From the NCBI GenBank assembly GCA_040883365.1, contig JBFLKV010000202.1, forward strand, positions 1 to 35,452: DNA of 35,452 nucleotides, written 5' to 3'. The notes beneath the pieces were generated by a model, which did not search any database, was not told the DNA's origin, and saw only the letters and a list, made by a program, of their open reading frames with translations. Source of the stretch: Eubacteriales bacterium (GTDB lineage Bacteria > Bacillota > Clostridia > Christensenellales > CALMFG01). The stretch's first letter is position 1; every line of letters begins with the position of its first letter. Position numbers and translations under genes: made by a program. Of the stretch, positions 1 to 8,941 are shown piece after piece.

Positions 1-662
1 CCTTGTGATGCGCCCTGAATCAAGCCCGGAATATCTGCCATAACAAAGGAAGTATCCCCATACGCATAAACACCCAAGTTTGGGCTAAGTGTGGTGAAAT
101 GATAATTGCCAATTTTGGGCGTCGCACCGGTCACCACCGACAAAAGCGTTGATTTGCCAACATTCGGAAAACCAATCAACCCCACGTCCGCAATCGTCTT
201 TAACTCCAGCGTCACCCATTTGCCTTTGGTGCGACGACCGGGGGTGGAAAAACGCGGTGTCTGACGCGTGGACGAGCGGAACCTGGCATTGCCTTTGCCG
301 CCAGTACCGCCGGATAGCACTTTGCGTCTTTCTTCCGGGCGTATATCGGCCGCCACCTTACCCGTTTCCTCATCCTTCACGATGGTGCCCGCAGGGACGT
401 GAATAATCAAATCTTCACCATTTTTGCCCCGCATATTGTTTTTGGACCCGTTTTCACCGTTGCCTGCGACGTATTTTCTTTTGTATTTAAAATCCAACAA
501 CGTCCGCACGCGTTCATCCGAGACAAAATAAACGTCTCCGCCGTTTCCGCCGTCGCCGCCATCCGGACCGCCTTGGGTGACATATTTCTCACGGTGGAGC
601 GACACACAGCCGTCCCCGCCGTCACCCGGCTTGATATATATTCTCGCTTTATCTATAAACAT
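1..662 (-). CDS. obg: GTPase Obg, 5' portion (3' end runs off the window start)
   Basis: It is absent from the ORF track because it has no in-window stop. Reverse complement from the ATG at 660-662 reads [46 protein letters not shown] (glycine-rich Obg fold). [11 protein letters not shown] (P-loop) and DIPGLI (G3) follow. Confidence 0.93.
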   Translation of the reverse strand, partial: MFIDKARIYIKPGDGGDGCVSLHREKYVTQGGPDGGDGGNGGDVYFVSDERVRTLLDFKYKRKYVAGNGENGSKNNMRGKNGEDLIIHVPAGTIVKDEETGKVAADIRPEERRKVLSGGTGGKGNARFRSSTRQTPRFSTPGRRTKGKWVTLELKTIADVGLIGFPNVGKSTLLSVVTGATPKIGNYHFTTLSPNLGVYAYGDTSFVMADIPGLIQGASQ

Positions 663-685
663 CGCTTATTTACATTTTCCTTTAT

Positions 686-1318
686 CTAATTGGCATCAAT
701 ATAATATACACACAAATCCTTTAAAAAGCAAGCATCGCACAATGGCTTCCTTGCCTTGCAGAACTTGCGTCCGTGCCAGAGAATCCAATGATGAGCATCT
801 TTCCAATCTGCTTTCGGAATCGCCTCACGTAGCTGCATTTCGGTGTGGTAGACGTCTTTAGCCTTGGCCAGCCCCAAACGGTTGGACACCCTAAAAACAT
901 GCGTGTCCACCGCAATAGCAGGCACATCATACGCATTAGAGATGACCACACTGGCGGTTTTTCTGCCCACCCCCGGCAGTTCAATCAACTCCTCAATGCT
1001 CTTCGGTACCACTCCGCCATATTCCGCTACCAGAATACCCGAAGCTTCAATAACGTGCTTGGCTTTGGTCTTATAAAAACCAACCGATTGAATAAGTCCC
1101 TCTATTTCGCCTAAATCCGCTTGCATCAGCTTTTTTGCGGTGCCATAGCGCCGAAACAACTCGGGCGTCACTTTGTTTACCTGAACATCCGTGCTCTGCG
1201 CCGAAAGCATAGTGGCAATTAGGAGTTCAAACGGATTAGTAAAGATCAGCGCGGGTTTCGCATCCGCGTAAAACTCACTCAGTCGCTTTAGTATCTCTTC
1301 TCTTGTTTTCTTTTCCAT
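686..1318 (-). CDS. nth: endonuclease III (DNA glycosylase / AP lyase)
   Basis: FELLIATMLSAQSTD, the HhH-GPD element LPGVGRKTASVV, and a C-terminal 4Fe-4S loop CKARKPLCDACFLKDLC. The track starts at GTG 1345. ATG 1318 (MEKKTREEIL) gives the N-terminal length typical of Nth. Confidence 0.9.
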   Translation of the reverse strand: MEKKTREEILKRLSEFYADAKPALIFTNPFELLIATMLSAQSTDVQVNKVTPELFRRYGTAKKLMQADLGEIEGLIQSVGFYKTKAKHVIEASGILVAEYGGVVPKSIEELIELPGVGRKTASVVISNAYDVPAIAVDTHVFRVSNRLGLAKAKDVYHTEMQLREAIPKADWKDAHHWILWHGRKFCKARKPLCDACFLKDLCVYYIDAN

Positions 1319-1324
1319 ATGCGT

Positions 1325-1353
1325 ATTATACAAAAAGCCTTTCACTTTGGCTA
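1325..1353 (-). promoter_or_regulatory. putative sigma-A promoter for nth (TAGCCA-17nt-TATAAT)
   Basis: Minus strand reads TAGCCA AAGTGAAAGGCTTTTTG TATAAT ACGCAT ATG. A terminator just upstream means nth needs its own promoter within this 70-nt gap. Confidence 0.35.
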
Positions 1354-1385
1354 GCCAATCACCACAAAGGCCCTGATACTGACCT

Positions 1386-1422
1386 TAAAAAAAAGGAGCA
1401 TGGGCCGATGCACACGCTCCTT
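1386..1422 (-). terminator. rho-independent terminator after the Ctp protease gene
   Basis: Minus strand reads AAGGAGC-GTGTGCATCGGCCCAT-GCTCCTT followed by TTTTTTT, 18 nt after the stop at 1440. Confidence 0.7.
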
Positions 1423-1439
1423 GAATATTTTTTAATTAC

Positions 1440-2606
1440 TCATTGAATCGCTTCGGTCAAAACCTCTACAGCTTTATCCATCTGCGGGTCAAGATCGTCA
1501 GTCAAATCCTCGTCTTCCACCGCGTAGTCCGGCGTGACACCAATGCCATTAATCGAACGTCCCAGAGGTGAGAAGTACTCAGATGTCGTCAGCTTCACGG
1601 CCGTATCTCCGTCGCCAAGCGGCAGAATGCTCTGCACAACGCCTTTGCCAAAAGTGATGGTCCCAATAATGGGTCCACGCTCATAGTCTTGAATTGCAAT
1701 GGAGAATAGTTCAGACGCCGAAGCCGAACTTTCATTCACCAAAACCACCATCGGGATATCCCACATATTCGCATCTGAACCAATAGAGGATTCTCTGCCC
1801 AGTCGGTCGCGTGTAATAATCAAATCCCCTTTGGGCAAAAGCTGATCCAGCATTTGGGTGACAATATATAAGTCCCCACCCGGATTGAAACGAAGATCGA
1901 TGATAATGCCTTCGGCACCCTTCGATATAAAGTATTCTTTGGCTTCATTAAAGCCTTCCAAGGAATTTCCACTAAAACTGTATAGTTCAAGATAGCCAAG
2001 CCCATCATCACGCATATAGTAATAAACTTGATCGGCCACCACTGATTGCCGAACGATAGCTACCGTAAAGGTCTCTTCACCGCGATGCACATCCACATCC
2101 ACTGTGGTGCCTTCTTTGCCACGAATGGCATCAATAATGTCCTGATACTCATAGCCTTCAAACGATTCGCCGTCAGCTCCGACCAAAACATCACCAATCT
2201 GTATTCCCGCAGCTTCAGCCGGTGTGCCTTCAAATATACGATTAACCGTCACACCACCAATATCCTCATCAAAGGACACTTGCACCCCAATACCCGAATA
2301 TTCGCCGGACTGTTCCTTTTGGAACTCCGCCCATTCTTCTTTGTCAAAATACATCGAATACGGGTCATCCAGTGCATTGACCATGCCGTGTATCGCCCCA
2401 TCAATCAGCACATCGTCGTCAACCTCCTGATAGTACAGGCTGTCTATCAAACCCTTAACTGAATCCATCTCTTCGATCAGATTCTCGTCTTTATTGCTGT
2501 TGACCAGCGCTACCGTTACGGTATATGTGAAAATCCCCACAACCACTGTTGTGATGATAAACGTTAAAAATATCGCAAGTCCTACTCTACTCTTCTTTTC
2601 GTTCAT
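1440..2606 (-). CDS. S41 family C-terminal processing peptidase with N-terminal TM anchor and PDZ domain
   Basis: TM helix LAIFLTFIITTVVVGIF; PDZ-like GVTVNRIFEGTPAEAAGIQIGDVLVGADG; S41 core IIDLRFNPGG, VNESSASASELF (catalytic Ser) and TFGKG (Lys). Confidence 0.88.
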   Translation of the reverse strand: MNEKKSRVGLAIFLTFIITTVVVGIFTYTVTVALVNSNKDENLIEEMDSVKGLIDSLYYQEVDDDVLIDGAIHGMVNALDDPYSMYFDKEEWAEFQKEQSGEYSGIGVQVSFDEDIGGVTVNRIFEGTPAEAAGIQIGDVLVGADGESFEGYEYQDIIDAIRGKEGTTVDVDVHRGEETFTVAIVRQSVVADQVYYYMRDDGLGYLELYSFSGNSLEGFNEAKEYFISKGAEGIIIDLRFNPGGDLYIVTQMLDQLLPKGDLIITRDRLGRESSIGSDANMWDIPMVVLVNESSASASELFSIAIQDYERGPIIGTITFGKGVVQSILPLGDGDTAVKLTTSEYFSPLGRSINGIGVTPDYAVEDEDLTDDLDPQMDKAVEVLTEAIQ

Positions 2607-2637
2607 CTAATCTATTGTCCTTTCAATGATGCCGTTT

Positions 2638-3801
2638 TTAATATATGGATGAAGCATATGCGCTCGAGACCATTCTTTGATGCTCAGAGTCTTCGGCCGC
2701 GCTACCGTGTCCATAGGAATTCTTAAAATGAACACAGAAGTGACCATTAAAGCCATTTCCGCTAATACGTGCTTCATCCGCGGCATGGGGCATGCCATTC
2801 ATTGATGCGGCATAAGTCGTGCCACCTATGGTCACCCATATTGCACGTCTGTCCCAAGCCCAACCACCATAAATCGATCTCATAATGGCTGTATCCTCAG
2901 CGGTTAAAGGCTCGCAGTCAGCGTGGTTATGTCCCGAGTAGCGCTGAACCTTAAAGGATTTCCCTGTCCTTACATCCGTGATTGTGGCTACTTTGCCTTT
3001 TCCAAATTCAAACTGCACCGTATCCCACCAAGAGGCCATCATCACCGAATTATTAACGCCTCTATCTTGCGCATAAGAATGAATATCTTGGTCTGAATAC
3101 AAAAGTTCTAAGGTCTCAGCATCCGCAATACCCGTCTGCTCCAGCCCCGCATGTTTTTGGAATTTCCCTAAACTCGTTTTTGTCGATTTGCTAAAAACGC
3201 CGTCTGCTGAATACCCATAGAAACCGCGCTCAAAGAGCTTGCGTTGCATTTTTCTAACTTCTGCGCCTTCCATGCCCATTTCCAGTACCATTTCGGATTT
3301 TCCCGAAGCCGTCTGGTTGACATGCTCTTTTTCTACATAGCCTTCAACATCTTTTCCCTCTAAGTCAGTGGCCACTACATAGTAGTAATCACCTTCAATG
3401 TCCTCGATGGTCAGCGGATAGCCGGCATTTAGCGTACCCATTAATGTCCCGTACGGGCTTGGGTTCTCTTTAATCACTAAATCATCAACAAGGGAATTGC
3501 CGTATAGAATATCCGTGGAAGGAAGAAAAACATCATCCACTTTGGCATAGCCGCGATAGTTCCCGTATATGATACGATACCATCCTTCACGCTCTTCACA
3601 AAAAACGCCAATTTCAACGCCGCTTCGCAGTGTGGTCACCACACCGGAATCCTCCCAAGGACGGATCATCACCTGCATATCGTCGGTGATGACGGTTGCG
3701 TCTTCAAAATAGGGCATTGCGGCCGCCTCACTCGGCGTAAACAACACCGCAAGGCTAATCAATAATCCTGCTACCAGCAGAAAGTAATTTTTATATTTCA
3801 A
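2638..3801 (-). CDS. secreted cell-wall protein: signal peptide, 2x SH3b-like, PG_binding_1, uncharacterised C-terminal domain (paralog 2)
   Basis: TTG start at 3801 with GGAG 9 nt upstream. Signal peptide LLVAGLLISLAVLFTPSEAAA. SH3b-like GWYRIIYGNYRGYAKVDDV. PG-binding repeat VRKMQRKLFERGFYGYSADGVFSKSTKTSLGKFQKHAGLEQTGIADAETLELL. The C-terminal ~130 aa is shared with the upstream paralog. Confidence 0.75.
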   Translation of the reverse strand: MKYKNYFLLVAGLLISLAVLFTPSEAAAMPYFEDATVITDDMQVMIRPWEDSGVVTTLRSGVEIGVFCEEREGWYRIIYGNYRGYAKVDDVFLPSTDILYGNSLVDDLVIKENPSPYGTLMGTLNAGYPLTIEDIEGDYYYVVATDLEGKDVEGYVEKEHVNQTASGKSEMVLEMGMEGAEVRKMQRKLFERGFYGYSADGVFSKSTKTSLGKFQKHAGLEQTGIADAETLELLYSDQDIHSYAQDRGVNNSVMMASWWDTVQFEFGKGKVATITDVRTGKSFKVQRYSGHNHADCEPLTAEDTAIMRSIYGGWAWDRRAIWVTIGGTTYAASMNGMPHAADEARISGNGFNGHFCVHFKNSYGHGSAAEDSEHQRMVSSAYASSIY

Positions 3802-3877
3802 CGAAATATCTCCTTTTCGCTATCAACTGTTTGATTTATTTATAGTATACCTTATCTTAAACTTTCAAGCAAAGCAT

Positions 3878-5062
3878 CTAATCCTTTGAAATCCTATACG
3901 CGTATTCCACACACGCTTGATGGGTGGCGTCTATTACACCTGAAGCATGCCCTTCCGAGTTGTAGAAGTGTATGCAGACCTGACCGTACATATTGTCATG
4001 GCGGTTATAGTCTACACCGTGTGGCATACCGTTGGTGGAAGCCGCATACATCACGCCGTTGATAATCACCCAAACGGGACGGCGATCCCAGCTCCACTCT
4101 CCGCCGTAAGTTTCCAGCATAATCGCTGTGTCTTTTGGCGTAGCCGGACAAACGTCCGCGTGGCCGGTGCCCGCATAACGAATCACTTGATATGTTTTTC
4201 CGGTCAGCACATCCACCACCGTTACCGGTGTTAACGTTTTAAACTTGTCGTTCACCACGGTATACCAGTCGGACATCAAAACCACACCGCCCGAACCCGC
4301 AGCCGTAGAACCTTCCAGATGAATATCTTCTTCAGAGTAGAGTATCGATAGCGTTTCAGCCGATGCAATACCGTCTTTGGGTAACCCCGCCAAGTCCTGG
4401 AACAGTCGAACCGCCTTTTTGGTTGCAGTGCCGTACACTCCAGTACAGGGGTAACCGTAGAAATTACGACGCTTCAGCTCCTTTTGCATATTATAAACCG
4501 CAGATCCGGTCATGCCAGGCGCTAAATAATATTCAGCCATGTCATCATCGCTCAGCTCAATATAGTCTTTGGCCACATAGCCTTCAACATCGCTTTCACC
4601 GTTGACCGACACCAAGTACCAATCACCTTGAATATCTTCAATGGTTAGCGGTGTCCCCACTTCCAGTTCAGAGATGACATCGCTGTATTCCGCCGGGGCT
4701 TTTCTAAGCCTTAGTGCATCGCCGTAGACGTTGCCCTGATAGCTATCCTCGGAGGGCAAGAAAACCAAATCGCGTTTAATATAACCCCGATAGTTGCCAT
4801 AGATAACCCGTATCCAACCATCATCATATTCACAGTATATCCCGATTCGCGCACCGGTATCGATTTGGCAAACCACCGGAGAATCAATCGACGGCCGGAG
4901 CCGCATGTTGACTTTCACGCCGGTTACTGTGCCTTCTTCAAACTGTGCAGAATCGGCAAAGGCTGTTTTAGGTAATAATAAAAGCACGAACAGTATCACT
5001 GCCGCAGCTAACCATAGATATTTTTTTTCTTTTATGTTTATATTCACGTTTTTTATAGTCAT
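3878..5062 (-). CDS. secreted cell-wall protein: signal peptide, 2x SH3b-like, PG_binding_1, uncharacterised C-terminal domain (paralog 1)
   Basis: Signal peptide WLAAAVILFVLLLLPKTAFA. GWIRVIYGNYRGYIKRDLV and GDWYLVSVNGESDVEGYVAKDYI (SH3b-like). VYNMQKELKRRNFYGYPCTGVYGTATKKAVRLFQDLAGLPKDGIASAETLSIL (PG_binding_1). C-terminal RYAGTGHAD...WDRRPVWV...AASTNGMPHG...CIHF. Confidence 0.75.
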   Translation of the reverse strand: MTIKNVNINIKEKKYLWLAAAVILFVLLLLPKTAFADSAQFEEGTVTGVKVNMRLRPSIDSPVVCQIDTGARIGIYCEYDDGWIRVIYGNYRGYIKRDLVFLPSEDSYQGNVYGDALRLRKAPAEYSDVISELEVGTPLTIEDIQGDWYLVSVNGESDVEGYVAKDYIELSDDDMAEYYLAPGMTGSAVYNMQKELKRRNFYGYPCTGVYGTATKKAVRLFQDLAGLPKDGIASAETLSILYSEEDIHLEGSTAAGSGGVVLMSDWYTVVNDKFKTLTPVTVVDVLTGKTYQVIRYAGTGHADVCPATPKDTAIMLETYGGEWSWDRRPVWVIINGVMYAASTNGMPHGVDYNRHDNMYGQVCIHFYNSEGHASGVIDATHQACVEYAYRISKD

Positions 5063-5112
5063 TGTACATTATTCACCAGTTAAAATATGTCGCTATCTTA
5101 ATAGCTTGAATT

Positions 5113-5141
5113 ATCATATTACAAAGTATCTGCTTTTTCAA
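5113..5141 (-). promoter_or_regulatory. putative sigma-A promoter for paralog 1 (TTGAAA-17nt-TATGAT)
   Basis: Minus strand reads TTGAAA AAGCAGATACTTTGTAA TATGAT, about 50 nt upstream of ATG 5062. Confidence 0.45.
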
Positions 5142-5218
5142 CCGTATCACAAATTATGCACCAAAAGTTTAAAGTTTGGCAATAATTCATTCCCACCACA
5201 ATATATGGTATAAAGGTA

Positions 5219-5252
5219 ACAAAAAAGAGTGCTTTACTCCCTCACCCTTTTT
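5219..5252 (-). terminator. possible rho-independent terminator after recR
   Basis: Minus strand reads AAAAGGGTG-AGGGAGTAAAG-CACTCTTTTTT. The stem has one G.U pair and is followed by a U-run. Confidence 0.4.
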
Positions 5253-5265
5253 TATGATTTCTCGT

Positions 5266-5862
5266 CTATACTTCTCTTCGGCCTTCCAAAGCTTTGGAGA
5301 GTGTCACCTCATCGGTGTACTCCAGATCTCCGCCAATCGGCACACCATGCGCGATGCGCGAAACCGTAACGCCAATCGGCGCAATCAGCTTTTGAATATA
5401 TACCGCTGTGGCTTCCCCTTTCACATCCGGGTTGGTCGCCAGAATCACTTCTTTCACCGTATCGTCCCTTAGTCGCAAGATTAGCGCCTTTAGGTTGATT
5501 TCCTCCGGCCCTACGCCTTCCATGGGTGAAAGCACCCCGCCCAGCACATGATAAAGCCCGCGGTATTCGCCTGTGCGCTCAAATGCCAAAACGTCTTTGA
5601 AGTCCTCCACCACACAGACAATTGATGCGTCCCTGCGCGTGTCCGCACAGATATGGCAGGTTTCCTTATCGGTCAAATTGTTACACACCGAACACGTGCG
5701 TATACCCGCCTTTGCCGCCACCATGTCGTCTGCAAATTGCTTGACTTCGTCTTTATCCATCTTGATTACATGAAAAGCCAACCGCATTGCGGTCTTTGCG
5801 CCGATTCCGGGCAACTTTGAAAAATGATGAATTAGCTTTGCCAGGGGTTCAATAATATACAT
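5266..5862 (-). CDS. recR: recombination protein RecR
   Basis: HhH N-terminus [16 protein letters not shown]4 zinc finger [16 protein letters not shown], and a Toprim segment [10 protein letters not shown]. It sits in the conserved dnaX-ybaB-recR order. Confidence 0.95.
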   Translation of the reverse strand: MYIIEPLAKLIHHFSKLPGIGAKTAMRLAFHVIKMDKDEVKQFADDMVAAKAGIRTCSVCNNLTDKETCHICADTRRDASIVCVVEDFKDVLAFERTGEYRGLYHVLGGVLSPMEGVGPEEINLKALILRLRDDTVKEVILATNPDVKGEATAVYIQKLIAPIGVTVSRIAHGVPIGGDLEYTDEVTLSKALEGRREV

Positions 5863-5883
5863 AAGGTTATTCCACTTTTTCTT

Positions 5884-6198
5884 CTAAAGCAAGCCGCCAA
5901 GCCCGCCGCCGAGTCCTCCGGTCACTTTGCCCATTTCCGCTTTGGCCAGTTCATCCGCTTTGTCCATCGCTTCGCTTACCGCCGCGGTCACTAAATCTTC
6001 AAGCATCTCAACGTCGTCCTTGTCCACCACGTCCGGCGATATTTTAATAGCTTTGATTTTTTTCGCCCCAGTTACCGTCACGGTCACCACGCCGCCGCCC
6101 GCGCTCGCGGTTACTTCGGCTTCTTCCAACTGTTGCTGTACAACTTGCATATCCGACTGCATCTTTTGTGCCTGTCGCATCATTTTTTGAATATCCAT
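5884..6198 (-). CDS. ybaB: YbaB/EbfC family nucleoid-associated protein
   Basis: MMRQAQKMQSDMQVVQQQLEE...ASAGGGVVTVTVTG...I. It lies between dnaX and recR. Confidence 0.92.
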   Translation of the reverse strand: MDIQKMMRQAQKMQSDMQVVQQQLEEAEVTASAGGGVVTVTVTGAKKIKAIKISPDVVDKDDVEMLEDLVTAAVSEAMDKADELAKAEMGKVTGGLGGGLGGLL

Positions 6199-6233
6199 TG
6201 TTTATATCCTCTTCCTTCTATATCAATCTTCTT

Positions 6234-7832
6234 TTAAATCTCTTTAATTTCCTGTCCACCGAACATATCATCGCTGAAAAGAACCGCCTTTTCAGTTTTT
6301 TTTGCATCGCCTTTTTGTGGCTTGATGGTCAGTTTTGCCGCGTCACCAAAAACCGCTTTAATGTGCGCTTCCACTCGCCCATGATTATCAGAATCGATGA
6401 GGAAGTTGAAAGCCGTACCATTCGGTGCGTAAAAAGTCAGTGCGCCGCCTTTGTTCTCAAAAAGCTGCATCTGCTTGGCATATGGATATAAATATCCATC
6501 GTTGTCCCGAATGGCATTCAGCACTTTGCTCCACAACGCTTCCGCGTCTTTGGTTGCCGATGGGTTTGGCGTATTTGTCGGTTTGGGGGCTTCCTCTTTT
6601 TGCAGTGCGCTCGGTTCTACCTGAGTCGTTTTTTGCGTATTCCGGGGTTTTTCTTGTTTGATCGGCGCGGCTATATTAGACCCGTCCTTTAACCCTTTTA
6701 CGATAGCCTCCAATCGCTCAAGCCGTGCACTGTCATCCGCCGACGCATCTATCTGCGGGCTCATCAGACGAATCACCGCAGCTTCCAGTACGATATCAGG
6801 CAAAGAGTTCATCCGCATTTTGGCTTCACTATCCACCAAGGTTTCCACAGCACGCAACAGTGCGTTCCCGCCAAAGTTTTCTGCCATCTTACTCAGTTTT
6901 TCCGCCTCTTCCTCAGAGACTCCTGCCGAAAGTGCATCCGCGCCCTTGGAAAGATATAACATGGCCAAAAACAGATAGGCCAAATCTTTATGTAACAGCT
7001 TGATATCCGCACCTGAATCTTTTAAGTCTTCAAGCTGTAGAATCGCATTTTTTTCGTCGTAAGCCGTGATGCTTTGGACCAAATTTAACAAAGCCTCGCG
7101 GTTGGCTCCGCCCAATACGGTGAGCACACTTTCAATGGTCAACGTATCCTGCCCGGATGTGCATTGATCCAAAATGGAAAGTGCATCCCGCATGCCGCCC
7201 ATCGCTGTTCTTGCAATCAGCGTCAATGCATCTTTATTTGCTTGTATCTTTTGGTCCTGTGTGACATATTCCATCCGCCCCACCATGTCCGCCACAGAAT
7301 GCCGTTTAAAATCGTACTTTTGGCATCGGGATAGGATGGTTGCGGGTAGTTTTTTCGGTTCTGTCGTGGCCAGAATAAAGACCACATGCGCAGGCGGTTC
7401 CTCCAATGTTTTCAAAAGCGCATTAAACGCCCCTTGAGAGAGCATATGCACTTCATCGATAATATAAACCTTATACTTCCCAATTGCCGGCATCAGGTTG
7501 GCATTTTCGCGGATATCGCGGATATTCTCCACGCCGTTGTTGGACGCGGCATCAATCTCCACCACATCCACACTATTGTCATCATAGATGCTCTCGCAAG
7601 ACGCACAAACCAAGCAGGGTTCCACGCCCTTGGGGGAAAGACAGTTGATGGCTTTGGCAAAAATCTTGGCCGTACTGGTTTTTCCTGTGCCTCGCGGACC
7701 ACTAAACAAATAGGCGTGCGCAATACGACCGCCTGATATCTGGTTTTTCAGCACATCAACGATATGTGACTGCCCCACGACATCGGCAAACGTTTCAGGT
7801 CGGTATTTTCGGTAAAGCGCTCGGTATGCCAT
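6234..7832 (-). CDS. dnaX: DNA polymerase III subunit gamma/tau
   Basis: YRPETFADVVGQ, Walker A GPRGTGKTS, zinc module CLVCASCESI, Walker B IIDEVHMLS, and SRC motif TILSRCQ. Confidence 0.96.
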   Translation of the reverse strand: MAYRALYRKYRPETFADVVGQSHIVDVLKNQISGGRIAHAYLFSGPRGTGKTSTAKIFAKAINCLSPKGVEPCLVCASCESIYDDNSVDVVEIDAASNNGVENIRDIRENANLMPAIGKYKVYIIDEVHMLSQGAFNALLKTLEEPPAHVVFILATTEPKKLPATILSRCQKYDFKRHSVADMVGRMEYVTQDQKIQANKDALTLIARTAMGGMRDALSILDQCTSGQDTLTIESVLTVLGGANREALLNLVQSITAYDEKNAILQLEDLKDSGADIKLLHKDLAYLFLAMLYLSKGADALSAGVSEEEAEKLSKMAENFGGNALLRAVETLVDSEAKMRMNSLPDIVLEAAVIRLMSPQIDASADDSARLERLEAIVKGLKDGSNIAAPIKQEKPRNTQKTTQVEPSALQKEEAPKPTNTPNPSATKDAEALWSKVLNAIRDNDGYLYPYAKQMQLFENKGGALTFYAPNGTAFNFLIDSDNHGRVEAHIKAVFGDAAKLTIKPQKGDAKKTEKAVLFSDDMFGGQEIKEI

Positions 7833-7864
7833 CTTCTCTCCTCTAAACTTTTATTTCTTAAAAC

Positions 7865-8758
7865 CTAAACACTGGATGCATCCACAGCATCCTCACGTAA
7901 AGGATCGGTTATGTCGTAATACTTGCCTTTTACACGATCATGAATCGGGTCGATCAGCTCGGGTGTCTCGATGCCTTTGGGGCTGCCGTTAACCACTTCC
8001 ACCGTTGTCCCTAATGGACAGTTCATATATATCCAGTAAGCCGCGCCAGTATAGGTGCGCATGCATCCCGCCGTGGCATTCGTTCCGATTTCTTTATAGG
8101 TGTTGCCAAACATACTGTCGAAATCCATAAATTCGTAGACCGGGCCGTGCATATAGATGCCATCAGTAAACCGAGACACATAAGGCGAATAGGAATAGGC
8201 TCTTTTGTCTCCTGCCGAATCGAACTGCTTCCATTCATACTTTTCAACAATTGCGAATGTACCAGTCGGGGTTTTTCCTGCGGTAAGACCCGTTGCTGTC
8301 AAGAACTGCTTGACCAATGTATTGTATTCGCCGTTTTCATCCATCTCGTAAACATTGATGGTATGAGAGCCCTTTTCGATATAGATATAATAGGGCGAGG
8401 GCAAGGGTTCAACGCCTGTCACATCAGACGCTTTAACATATCCTGTTGTGCCGTTCACCTTCACTTCGTGCCATTCAGTGCCCGCCGCAATCAACTCCGC
8501 TTCGGTACCCGCTGTCAGCGTTCCAATCACATCGTATTCGCTGGTAGACGTGATAATGATCGGTTCACTCACCCATTCGGTATCCGCCGCGATCTCAATC
8601 ATCGTCACTTCCGGTTCAGGTACGGGCGTTGCCGCTACTGCTTCAGATACAACGGGTTCAGTTGTGGGCGTCACTGCGACCGAATCTTCCTTGTTGCCGC
8701 AAGCCGCTAATGTCAATATGAGACCAAGCGCTAAAACTGCGCTAACCATTCTTTTCAT
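7865..8758 (-). CDS. L,D-transpeptidase (YkuD) family lipoprotein with SH3b-like domain
   Basis: Lipobox LTLAAC; SH3b-like WHEVKVNGTTGYVKASDV; YkuD core TPTGTF...YMHGPVY...TAGCMRT (His / Cys-x-Arg catalytic signature). Confidence 0.82.
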   Translation of the reverse strand: MKRMVSAVLALGLILTLAACGNKEDSVAVTPTTEPVVSEAVAATPVPEPEVTMIEIAADTEWVSEPIIITSTSEYDVIGTLTAGTEAELIAAGTEWHEVKVNGTTGYVKASDVTGVEPLPSPYYIYIEKGSHTINVYEMDENGEYNTLVKQFLTATGLTAGKTPTGTFAIVEKYEWKQFDSAGDKRAYSYSPYVSRFTDGIYMHGPVYEFMDFDSMFGNTYKEIGTNATAGCMRTYTGAAYWIYMNCPLGTTVEVVNGSPKGIETPELIDPIHDRVKGKYYDITDPLREDAVDASSV

Positions 8759-8896
8759 TGTTTTGTTTCCTTATCTTTATAAGTATGTATCGTTCAATTA
8801 GTTTATTCTATTTTGCCCTAAAATAATTGTCAAGGGTTTTGGTGGGTGTGGCCCATCGTTCACAAAGCGTTTATAATTTGTTCTGCCCTCGTTTTC

Positions 8897-8925
8897 TTGA
8901 CGAACTTTATTACATATAGTATATT
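8897..8925 (+). promoter_or_regulatory. putative sigma-A promoter (TTGACG-17nt-TATATT)
   Basis: TTGACG at 8897-8902 and TATATT at 8920-8925, just upstream of the GAGG-ATG 8942 start. Confidence 0.5.
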
Positions 8926-8941
8926 TCTTTTGAGGTACAGC

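Noticed and set aside
149-861. Several plus-strand ORFs (85-96 aa) and a 72-aa minus-strand ORF at the left end.
   Set aside because: They overlap the clearly recognisable obg and nth reading frames. They have no SD and no recognisable motifs, so they are antisense or off-frame artefacts.
7040-7060. A_AAA_AAT heptamer (7-A run) in dnaX, considered as a possible -1 frameshift site producing a gamma subunit. A -1 shift would terminate 6 codons later.
   Set aside because: It lies at residue ~260, which I recall as inside the collar domain III, so the product would be a truncated, probably non-functional clamp-loader subunit. The Asn A-site codon is a poor slippery match, and I saw no obvious downstream stimulatory structure.
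7833-7864. I looked for the SRP RNA (ffs) that often precedes dnaX in Firmicutes.
   Set aside because: Only 32 nt separate dnaX from the upstream L,D-transpeptidase gene, which leaves no room for an RNA gene.
8846-8941. N-terminal extensions in the ORF track (GTG 8846 for the VanX-like gene; likewise GTG 20075, TTG 22014, ATG 17898, ATG 11418 and ATG 14629).
   Set aside because: The extensions run through promoter elements, contain the SD of a better-placed downstream start, or would overlap the upstream gene. The downstream starts give canonical N-termini.
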